Assembly: GCA_024408335.1 (NCBI GenBank)
Contig: JAKSVB010000002.1
Span: 4,962 to 68,961 of the forward strand
Origin: Bacilli bacterium
GTDB taxonomy: Bacteria > Bacillota_I > Bacilli_A > RFN20 > CAG-826
DNA length: 64,000 bases
Direction: 5' to 3'
Shown here: piece by piece, positions 37,541 through 45,378 of the stretch
How positions within the stretch are numbered: the first letter of the stretch is position 1
Layout: each line of letters opens with the position of its first letter
The notes under the pieces: generated by a model
Databases searched by the model: none
The model's input: only the letters and a program-made list of their open reading frames with translations
What the model was told of the DNA's origin: nothing
Made by a program: the position numbers and the translations under genes

Positions 37541-37893
37541 TGGAAGAAAGAGATTTGATTTGTATCGTTTGTCCTCGTGGATGCCATCTTCATGTCGACA
37601 AGGATCTTAATGTCACAGGTAACTTCTGTCCTAGAGGTGCGGTTTATGGCAAGCAAGAAGTCACTAACCCTACTAGAGTCGTTACCTCGACCGTTCGTAT
37701 CGAAGGGGCTAATCTTGCCATGTGCCCAGTCAAAACTAAAGACCCTATTCCAAAAGGCAAAATCTTTGAAGTAATGTCGTCAATCAATAGCGTTAAAATT
37801 GTCGCTCCTGTTCATATTGGCGACGTGATAATCAAGGATGTCGCTGGTACTGGGGTTGACGTCGTCTCGACTAGAGATATGGAGAAAATATAA
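37537..37893 (+). CDS. DUF1667 domain protein
   Basis: CIVCPRGCHLHVD...NFCPRGAVYG Cys-rich N-terminus typical of DUF1667; 4-nt overlap with the upstream gene. Confidence 0.7.
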   Translation: MMEERDLICIVCPRGCHLHVDKDLNVTGNFCPRGAVYGKQEVTNPTRVVTSTVRIEGANLAMCPVKTKDPIPKGKIFEVMSSINSVKIVAPVHIGDVIIKDVAGTGVDVVSTRDMEKI

Positions 37894-38047
37894 GTTTTTA
37901 GAAAAATATTTGAAATCGGCTCTATATGAATGGTGGAGGGAAGCTTATGCACAAGTTTCTTTCTTCCTCTTCACCTTGTGATAAGGATGACATGATAGAG
38001 CTAATAATTGTTCTATTTCTAATGCTTTTGTTAATACACAGTTTGGA

Positions 38048-38072
38048 TAAAAAAAGTGGGCAATAAGCCCAC
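38048..38072 (-). terminator. Rho-independent terminator (minus strand, downstream of galK)
   Basis: Hairpin gtgggc-aataa-gcccac, followed on the minus strand by ttttttt. Confidence 0.55.
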
Positions 38073-38135
38073 AAAAACCTAAACTACAGTATTAATATAA
38101 AGCTAGTCTAAACTTAAATCAAGGGAGAAGAGGAA

Positions 38136-38170
38136 TCCCGCCGTCATTTGGCGGCGGGACCTCTTTTTCT
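38136..38170 (+). terminator. GC-rich hairpin plus T-tract (plus-strand terminator; also abuts the galK stop)
   Basis: tcccgccg-tcatttgg-cggcggga followed by cctctttttctt. Confidence 0.55.
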
Positions 38171-39312
38171 TACAAAACTTTTGGACCGTCTGATGTGTCG
38201 ATTAGATAAACCTCTGCATCATAACCAAAACGTTCTTTGTATTTTGTAAGGACTTCATCCTTAACTTGATAGGCGTGTTCCTCATCGACTAAGGCTACTG
38301 CGCACCCTCCAAAGCCTGCGCCAGTCATCCTTGCGCCATAAACATAGGGGTTATTTCTAGCGATTTCAGTAATGACATCGAGATTAGTGCCGCTTACCTC
38401 ATAATCATCTCTTAAAGAGAAGTGGCTCTCATTAAGTATCTTGCCGCAAAGCGAATAGTCTTTTTCGTCTAAGGCGGTAACAAAGGCTTTGACTCTGGCT
38501 TCTTCTCTGACGCAGTGCTTTACTCTTTTATAGAGTAAATCGTCATTTAGGAGAATTCCTATATCTGGTAAATCCTTTGGATCCAATTCACAAAGATTAT
38601 CAACACCGTATTTCGTTTTTATGATGGAAAGGGCTTTTTGACATTCGGAAACTCTTTCGTTATATTTCGAATCGGTTAGTTTTCTTTCGTATTTGGTGTT
38701 GAGAATCATTATCTTCGTCTTTTCAAGCACCGCGTTTTTGTATTCATACTCAAAACTAGCGCAGTCTAAATAGAGGCATTTGTCTTTTTGAGCAAGGGCA
38801 ATCGCGGATTGATCCATGATGCCGCAAGAAAGGCCACAGTATTCTCTTTCGACTTTGATGGCAATCTTAGCGATCTCCAAATTAGATAGCCCTAAATCAA
38901 ACAAATCATTGAGAACGTATGTTGTTAAAACTAGAATTGCCGCGCTTGAAGAGAGGCCTGAACCTAGGGGAATCTCGGAAGAGAAAAGCATATTCAAACC
39001 TTTATCGACTTTGTAGCCCATCTCACGAAGAATATGAATGACTCCAATAGGATAAGAAGCCCAAGAATATGATTTATCATATTGGGTGTTACTTAAATCA
39101 ACTGAAATCTGACCTTTCATATCCTCGGAGACAAGGTTGATTTTCTTTTCCTCGTTAAAAGAAACAGCCGCTTTTATGTATAACGAAATGGCACATGGCA
39201 AAACGTGCCCTCCGTTATAGTCAATATGCTCTCCAATGAGGTTAACTCTAGCTGGAGCGGCATAGGTTTTTATTGGGTCAACGACCCACAAAGAAAGGAA
39301 CTTCTTATTCAT
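38170..39312 (-). CDS. galK: Galactokinase
   Basis: GHMP signatures ARVNLIGEHIDYNGG and PLGSGLSSSAA; 380 aa. Overlaps the upstream gene by 8 nt. Confidence 0.85.
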   Translation of the reverse strand: MNKKFLSLWVVDPIKTYAAPARVNLIGEHIDYNGGHVLPCAISLYIKAAVSFNEEKKINLVSEDMKGQISVDLSNTQYDKSYSWASYPIGVIHILREMGYKVDKGLNMLFSSEIPLGSGLSSSAAILVLTTYVLNDLFDLGLSNLEIAKIAIKVEREYCGLSCGIMDQSAIALAQKDKCLYLDCASFEYEYKNAVLEKTKIMILNTKYERKLTDSKYNERVSECQKALSIIKTKYGVDNLCELDPKDLPDIGILLNDDLLYKRVKHCVREEARVKAFVTALDEKDYSLCGKILNESHFSLRDDYEVSGTNLDVITEIARNNPYVYGARMTGAGFGGCAVALVDEEHAYQVKDEVLTKYKERFGYDAEVYLIDTSDGPKVL

Positions 39313-40741
39313 CTTTCTTTTTGGTGGCTAGCTTAACGCATTCGTAAGCGCCGTCATACGCTCCCTGGGATTTGAGGATGTTAATTCTTTCGACCATATG
39401 GGCAAGTATCTCTTTATCGCTAAGCAATCTATCGATCATGGCGTTGACGCTATTCTTAGTGGCGCATTCGAAAGTGCCATCACCGAGTTCGCTAGAATTG
39501 ATAGCGCCATAAACTTCGTGACCTCCGATATGTCTCATGAATAGCTTTGGAATTGGGTAATATGCAAGTTCGGAAGGTTTGGTGATAAGAAGATCTGATT
39601 CCCTCATAAGCAAGTTAGTGGAATAGACCGCTTCAAAGATGTTCTCGTTGTATATAGCAGTTATTCCTTTAGCGTCCTCGCTTCTAAGATTCTCGACATA
39701 CGTTTTGAGCTTTTCGTATTCGTTAAAGAAGGTATTCACGCTTAAGCCTAACTTCTTTTGCATCTTCTCATAGACGTCTTTATGGTCGCCAAAGTTAATG
39801 AAAACTGCGGCCTTTCCTTCCTTAACGTAAGGAAGAAGGTGCTTAACCATCGCTAAGAACATGTCAAAACCTGCTCCAGCGCCACCGACTGTCAAAAGGA
39901 TTCTTAAAGGCTTATTTGAAGATAATCTTTCAAGCCTTTTTGCGTTATCTTCTTCTAGGTCTTTTAGTAACTCATGGTCGATATATCTTCCAACCATCTT
40001 AATGTCTTTTTCTGGGATGCCTTTTAGGGGTTTCTTATCAAAGCCATTAAGCATTTTATATCCAAGATAAGCAAAAGGTGTTTGAACGGCATGAATCGCG
40101 CCTTCTGAAAGATGAAGACCCATAGGCCAGTTATCTGGGATGGCGTTAACGACATTAGTCATGCCTGCATGAACGGCAGCTTGGCTAGGCCAAACGTGGG
40201 TGGCGATATAAGGAACGTCTTTTGGAAGGGATCTCACAATAGGTTCTAGTAATTCTGAATTCTTTTGATCGACTGCGTTATAAGAGATCTTCTTAAAACC
40301 CTCTGAATTAAGAGGTTCCCAGAAGAAGTGGTTGAAAAGATGGCTCTTTTGACTGATTTTCGAAGCGGTGCTATAGAGGTTATTTTGGTGTCTAATCATC
40401 TTTGAGCCCGTTGCATCAAAAGAGGCTAAATCAAGCCAGAAAGGTTCATAACCTAATGCTTTGGCGGCAGAAGCCATCGCAATTGAGATGCGGTAGTGGC
40501 CAAAACCCATTCTGATATTTCCAACGATCAAGGCATTTTCAGGAAGTTCTTGAGCCTTATCCTTAAAAACTATGTTTTTAGCGGCAAGGAAACCTAGAGT
40601 TGGAATAGGTTCGAATCCAAGTTTGTAATCTTTCGAAGAATCGTCTCCGAATCTACGTTCGTATTTCTTTTTGGATTTGTTTGCCTTCTTAATCGTTGTT
40701 TTATCGATTTCGTTACCGAAGATGATTGATGTCTTATCCAT
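39305..40741 (-). CDS. GT-B fold glycosyltransferase, GT28/MGDG-synthase (UgtP)-like, 478 aa with a ~100-aa N-terminal extension
   Basis: N-half GNIRMGFGHYRISIAMASAA (MurG/MGD-type G..GH motif); C-half LTVGGAGAGF and LITKPSELAYYPIPKLFMRHIGGHE resemble the UgtP/MGDG-synthase donor-binding half. Confidence 0.5.
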   Translation of the reverse strand: MDKTSIIFGNEIDKTTIKKANKSKKKYERRFGDDSSKDYKLGFEPIPTLGFLAAKNIVFKDKAQELPENALIVGNIRMGFGHYRISIAMASAAKALGYEPFWLDLASFDATGSKMIRHQNNLYSTASKISQKSHLFNHFFWEPLNSEGFKKISYNAVDQKNSELLEPIVRSLPKDVPYIATHVWPSQAAVHAGMTNVVNAIPDNWPMGLHLSEGAIHAVQTPFAYLGYKMLNGFDKKPLKGIPEKDIKMVGRYIDHELLKDLEEDNAKRLERLSSNKPLRILLTVGGAGAGFDMFLAMVKHLLPYVKEGKAAVFINFGDHKDVYEKMQKKLGLSVNTFFNEYEKLKTYVENLRSEDAKGITAIYNENIFEAVYSTNLLMRESDLLITKPSELAYYPIPKLFMRHIGGHEVYGAINSSELGDGTFECATKNSVNAMIDRLLSDKEILAHMVERINILKSQGAYDGAYECVKLATKKKDE

Positions 40742-42332
40742 TTGTTACCTCTCCTTTTTTGACGTTATAGATGAACGACTTTTCTTTGTCGTTTAATGAA
40801 TATGTTACTTTGATGCCTTTCTTAACTGTTTCGTAAGACAAGACTTTCGCGTTTCTAAATCTTTCTAATCCTTCATTTAGAAGCGCTTTTTTCTCATCGT
40901 CATAATCCAAAGGATTATCGGAAGTCATTAATAATGATCCAAAGAGCGAATTGATGAGGAGTACCGCTTCTTTTTGGGATTTCTTGAGTTTGATATTGTC
41001 GTCTCTAAGAAGAAAGACGTCAGGGTCATTAAGGAAAGCGTGACCGTTAAAGGCGTATCTCCATACGCTATTTTGGAGGGTAATCTTCGTTGATACGCGT
41101 TCCCTATGCATGAGTTTCATATAGAAAACGTCATCGAAAGTGAGGGTTATATCTGGTCCTATACGAAGATAATCGAATTTCCCATATGAGTTTGATGGGA
41201 TGGCGCCGCAGCCAAGAATCAGCTTATCGCCAATGACTTCGTTAATGAGGTTATAGGCAAACTCCGCTGTTTCAGCGTGAGTCTTACCTTTCATAGGCTT
41301 CTTTGATGCTGCGTATAAGAAGTCGAGCTTAAAGAAATCAAATCCAAGGTCTTTGTGGTATTTAAGGCATTCTTTGATATAAGAAACGACTTCAGGCTTA
41401 TCTAAATCAAGCGCATAGAACTTTGACCAGTTGCCTCCAGCGCATACCATTTCGCCATTATCGTATCTTGCGATATAGTCGTTATGGTTTTTGAATAGCT
41501 CACTATTAGTTTCAGCGACAAATGGAGCAAGCCAAATGCCAGAAAGCATATTCTTCTCTTTGATTTTCTTAATAATAGGGGAAAGACCGTTAGGGAACTT
41601 ATTCTTATCAACGTTCATCCAATCTCCAACGAACGTCTCATATCCATCGTCAATTTGAAACAAATCGAAACGTGAATCGGCTTTGGTTAAAGAGTTAAGA
41701 ATGATGTCCTCGTTGATGTTTTGGTAGTAGTTGTACCAAGAAGTATAGCCAAAGAGCTTCTTATTGGACTTAGGAGCCATCTTTTCAAAGTAGGCCTTCA
41801 TTGATGAATCGATGCTGCTAGAGATGAGGTAATCAAACAAGACAAATTCTTCGCCTGCTTTGAGTTCTTTGTTAGTGACGTCAGATCGTAAAACGACTAG
41901 ATTATCATCCTTCAAAAACTCAATGACAAGATAGGCGTTCTGATAGTTTTTTGAAGCGATGAAAAGAGGATCACTACCTCTAACATATCCAATGTCGAAG
42001 GCGTGGAATTTGCTCTTTTTATAGTCGACTATGAATGAGTCGCCATAACAAGAGAACTTCCAGATGTTGTCCATGAACTTAGGGATCTTTCTTACATCCC
42101 TAAGAGTCTCACTAAATTTGAATTCTTTCGTATCGGTCCAGGACTGATAACCGTTAAGAAAGAAGAGGTCATCCTTATGGAATTCATGCGAAAAAGAGAT
42201 ATTCGCGTCAACCAAAGTAACGTCTTTTAACGCTTTGAGGACGACCTTTTCACCATAAATGGTGATAGCAACATCACCGTTAGTTAAAGATGTGTTTCTT
42301 TGCTCATTTTCGCACGAATACTTAAGGATCAT
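40734..42332 (-). CDS. Alpha-galactosidase-like glycoside hydrolase (clan GH-D, GH36/GH27-like)
   Basis: LGFDFFKLDFLY matches the G-x-D-[YF]-x-K-x-D nucleophile region of GH27/36 alpha-galactosidases; 532 aa. Context: GPH transporter and galK. Confidence 0.6.
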   Translation of the reverse strand: MILKYSCENEQRNTSLTNGDVAITIYGEKVVLKALKDVTLVDANISFSHEFHKDDLFFLNGYQSWTDTKEFKFSETLRDVRKIPKFMDNIWKFSCYGDSFIVDYKKSKFHAFDIGYVRGSDPLFIASKNYQNAYLVIEFLKDDNLVVLRSDVTNKELKAGEEFVLFDYLISSSIDSSMKAYFEKMAPKSNKKLFGYTSWYNYYQNINEDIILNSLTKADSRFDLFQIDDGYETFVGDWMNVDKNKFPNGLSPIIKKIKEKNMLSGIWLAPFVAETNSELFKNHNDYIARYDNGEMVCAGGNWSKFYALDLDKPEVVSYIKECLKYHKDLGFDFFKLDFLYAASKKPMKGKTHAETAEFAYNLINEVIGDKLILGCGAIPSNSYGKFDYLRIGPDITLTFDDVFYMKLMHRERVSTKITLQNSVWRYAFNGHAFLNDPDVFLLRDDNIKLKKSQKEAVLLINSLFGSLLMTSDNPLDYDDEKKALLNEGLERFRNAKVLSYETVKKGIKVTYSLNDKEKSFIYNVKKGEVTNG

Positions 42333-42335
42333 TGT

Positions 42336-43763
42336 TTAGGCCTCGATTTCTTTTGTGTCTTCTTTCTTTTTCTCGATGGTGCTCATGACTTTCTTCTCGT
42401 TATAGAAGAAGAGGATAGCGCCTCCTAAGAGACAGAAGACGATTGCGACGATCGCAACGACGACACATCCAAGTTCAGATGCGACGATGTCGTCGGCGCT
42501 TGTGGATTGGGTTGTGCCAAGGATGGCAAGGGAAGTGAAGGCGAGCATGGCGATTGTTTGGCCAAGTTTCATTGCGAAAGTTCTAGCCGCAAAGAACATG
42601 CCTTCTCTATTTTCGCCTGTTGTGATTGCGTCTTCTTCAGCAATATCGGCGACGATTGATTGAGGGATGATGCCAAGAAGGGCCATTGGGAAAGCGGCAA
42701 CAAGGACGATGACGATGCCACAAAGTGAGAATTCTCCAAAGAGCTTAACGTCAAGCACGCCTGAAAGAGCGGCAAAGAGATAAGCTAGTGAGAGTCCGAT
42801 GAAGCCAAGGATGGTGAGTTTCTTTTTACCAAATTTGGCGACGAGTTTCGAAACGACAGGGTATAAACAAGCGGAAAGGACGGTCATTAAGCCCATATAG
42901 ATAAGGGTTGTTGAACCATCTGCGTCGTGCATTAAGACTTTGACGAAATATGGAAGACCGGTTTGGAAAAGGGTTAAGCCAACCCAGTACATGATGTCAG
43001 AACCAACGAAGACTCTGAAATCCTTGTTTTTGAAGGTGGCAAGAAGTGATTTGAAAGTGTTTGCGTTTGATGGCTTTGAATCAACGAAGTCTTTCTCGTG
43101 GAGAAGGAAGGTTGGAAGAAGCATGCAAACAAGGGCGATAAGGGAAAGGACGATGAAGCAGATTCTGTAGCTCCAAGCAAAGCCGACGGCTTCTCTAAGG
43201 AAACCAGCGAAAACGAATGGGGTGTAAGCAAGAAGCAGACCGAAGAAGTAGGTAAGAGAGATGGCGGTCGAGATATACATTCTGTCATCTTGTGTCTTAC
43301 CGAATTCTGAAATGAGGGCGTTATATGGGGTGCAGTACATCGTCATGAAGAAGTAGAAGAGGATAAGGAATCCCAAGACCCAAGCGAAGTTGACGTAGCT
43401 AGTTGCGTTAACTGGCGCTAAAAAGACGACGACTGTCAAAACGGCGAAAGGAACCGCGCTAAACTGCATGAAAGGGATTCTTCTTCCGCGTTTGTTTTTG
43501 CTTCTATCAGATAATGAAGCGACAAGAGGGTCGGTCACTGCGTCAAAAAGTCTACAGATGGCGGTGATAAGGCCAAGTAAAGTAATGACGCCGAAAATGA
43601 TGAGGCCAGGTGTCAAATACTGGATGGCTCCAGCCGCTCTATCGTCAGCGGTTGGCAAATAAAATGTGACAAGCCAAGTGTTGATGATACCGCCAAGCAA
43701 GCTCCATCCGAGCTGACCGATGGCGAAGATCCACATTTCTTTTTTGTTAAGTCTTCTAGTCAT
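42336..43763 (-). CDS. Glycoside-pentoside-hexuronide (GPH):cation symporter family transporter (MelB-like)
   Basis: 12-TM pattern; GPH signature DPLVASLSDRSKNKRGRRIPF (D....G.RR[PI]). Confidence 0.8.
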   Translation of the reverse strand: MTRRLNKKEMWIFAIGQLGWSLLGGIINTWLVTFYLPTADDRAAGAIQYLTPGLIIFGVITLLGLITAICRLFDAVTDPLVASLSDRSKNKRGRRIPFMQFSAVPFAVLTVVVFLAPVNATSYVNFAWVLGFLILFYFFMTMYCTPYNALISEFGKTQDDRMYISTAISLTYFFGLLLAYTPFVFAGFLREAVGFAWSYRICFIVLSLIALVCMLLPTFLLHEKDFVDSKPSNANTFKSLLATFKNKDFRVFVGSDIMYWVGLTLFQTGLPYFVKVLMHDADGSTTLIYMGLMTVLSACLYPVVSKLVAKFGKKKLTILGFIGLSLAYLFAALSGVLDVKLFGEFSLCGIVIVLVAAFPMALLGIIPQSIVADIAEEDAITTGENREGMFFAARTFAMKLGQTIAMLAFTSLAILGTTQSTSADDIVASELGCVVVAIVAIVFCLLGGAILFFYNEKKVMSTIEKKKEDTKEIEA

Positions 43764-43765
43764 GG

Positions 43766-44374
43766 TTATTCTCCTTTTAGACTATTTAAAATCAAGCTAA
43801 TCATTAGCTCTATTTCCTTTGTTTTGTCGATTTTCGAGTCTTGCTCGATCCTCGTTCCTGAAGATAGGGACATACATAGATTGATAAGCGAGTGGGTGGT
43901 CGCGTAATAGAAGGTTTCGCTATCGCTAAGACCCCTGATTGTCTTATCTTCTAAACCCTTTTGGTAAATCCTTACGAAATCCTCTTTATATAAATCGATC
44001 TCGTTTTGGTATTCGCCTTTTTCGACGTTTTTGAGGCTAAGAACATAGGCATCGAGTTCTTTGATGAATTTGAAGTAGCCGCTATTACGAGCAAAGACAT
44101 CGAGGTAGCTCTTATAGAACCTCTTCATTTGCTCAAAGCCGCTTTCTTTTTCGTCAAAGGAAAAGAATTCGCTATGAATCTCTTCAGCCATTTTGACTGC
44201 GACTTGCATAACGATGTTCTCTTTTGTCTCAAAGTACCTATAGAGGGTTGCCTCTCCTATTCCAACACTAGCAGCGATATCCTTCATTTTGACATCGTTA
44301 ATCGAGGAGGAAAGGAAAAGTTTCTTCGCCTCTAAGACGATAAAACTAAGTGTGTTTTCCTTTAATTTGGACAT
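43766..44374 (-). CDS. TetR/AcrR family transcriptional regulator
   Basis: N-terminal HTH MKDIAASVGIGEATLYRYFETKENI; 202 aa. Confidence 0.85.
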   Translation of the reverse strand: MSKLKENTLSFIVLEAKKLFLSSSINDVKMKDIAASVGIGEATLYRYFETKENIVMQVAVKMAEEIHSEFFSFDEKESGFEQMKRFYKSYLDVFARNSGYFKFIKELDAYVLSLKNVEKGEYQNEIDLYKEDFVRIYQKGLEDKTIRGLSDSETFYYATTHSLINLCMSLSSGTRIEQDSKIDKTKEIELMISLILNSLKGE

Positions 44375-44390
44375 GAAATCTCTTTCCTAA

Positions 44391-44407
44391 TGATAGTCGG
44401 ACTATCA
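44391..44407. promoter_or_regulatory. Perfect 17-bp palindromic operator TGATAGTC-G-GACTATCA immediately upstream of the tetR RBS
   Basis: The sequence tgatagtcggactatca equals its own reverse complement except the central base, and sits 17-33 nt upstream of the TetR start codon. This is a typical autoregulatory TetR operator geometry. Confidence 0.65.
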
Positions 44408-44646
44408 ATTTAATAGTTTTGCTATCTTTAGATTAAATCTAGCACCAAAAATTATCAACTGATTTCTTGTAAACGCTTACATTTTGAAATGAGAAACAAG
44501 GCTTTAAATAAAATTTAAATTTTTGATACAAAAAGTTTTCGGAGTTTTGGTGCCTTTTTCCTTTTCACTCATCGAACTTATTGAAGTAGCTACAAAAAAT
44601 GAACCAAAAACAGGCAATCTGGTGTTCGATTTGATATAATTAGGGC

Positions 44647-45288
44647 ATGCTCATTTACATTATTAGACACGGTGAAACAGATGGTAACAAAAGAGGCATT
44701 CTTCAAGGGTGCCTAGATATCCCTCTTAATGAAAAAGGAAGAGACCTCGCTAAGGTGACTGGACAAGGACTTAAAGGCGTTAAGTTTGACGTCCTTTTCG
44801 CTAGCCCATTAAGTAGAGCAAAGGAAACCGGCGAGATCATTTTAAGAGAAACTGGAAGCAATGCAGAAATAGTGATAGACGACCGTATCAAAGAACTCAA
44901 CTTCGGAGAATGGGAAGGGGAGAACATCGAGAATAGCAAAATCATGTCGAAGAAAGATTTTGCTATGATAACAATCGACCCATTTCATTTTAGAAGCGGC
45001 AAAAGCGGCGAATCGATGGAAGAACTTTTGGCCAGGACCAAATCCTTCTTTGAAGACCTTTTAAATAACAAAGCGCTTCAGGACAAGACAGTGCTTGTTG
45101 CCACTCATGGCGTTGCATATAGAGCGCTCCTTCAAAACGCCTATGAAGACAAGAGCGATTTCTGGCATGGAAAAGTCCCTGATAATTGTTCGGTGAGCGT
45201 ACTACGTTATGACGCAGGAAAACTAGAAATCCTTAGTCATGATGTCATATATTACGATGCATCTTTAGCCTACAACCCATATCAGTAA
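44647..45288 (+). CDS. Histidine phosphatase (phosphoglycerate mutase family) protein
   Basis: N-terminal IYIIRHGETDGNKRGILQG (RHG motif) and the later HG motif (ATHGVAYRA). Confidence 0.8.
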   Translation: MLIYIIRHGETDGNKRGILQGCLDIPLNEKGRDLAKVTGQGLKGVKFDVLFASPLSRAKETGEIILRETGSNAEIVIDDRIKELNFGEWEGENIENSKIMSKKDFAMITIDPFHFRSGKSGESMEELLARTKSFFEDLLNNKALQDKTVLVATHGVAYRALLQNAYEDKSDFWHGKVPDNCSVSVLRYDAGKLEILSHDVIYYDASLAYNPYQ

Positions 45289-45378
45289 TTAAAACTTGTT
45301 TTAAAATCGCTAAAGAAAATATTTTTTGATATTCCTAAAAGTAATTTATTACTTTATAATTTGGAAAGGAGTTATTCG

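Noticed and set aside
38170-44374. Considered calling the 478-aa protein GalT (Leloir pathway) to complete galK-galT
   Set aside because: It lacks the GalT class II hallmarks (for example the HxHxQ / Cys-rich zinc motif region). It shows GT-B/GT28-like G..GH and GGAGAGF motifs instead, so it is reported as a GT28-like glycosyltransferase and flagged as a finding.
45361-45378. TTG start for RNase J and the 46986 start for FtsK proposed by the ORF track
   Set aside because: Each has an ATG with a better-placed RBS just downstream (45379 for rnj, 47058 for ftsK). The 46986 start would overlap rnj by 70 nt in another frame.
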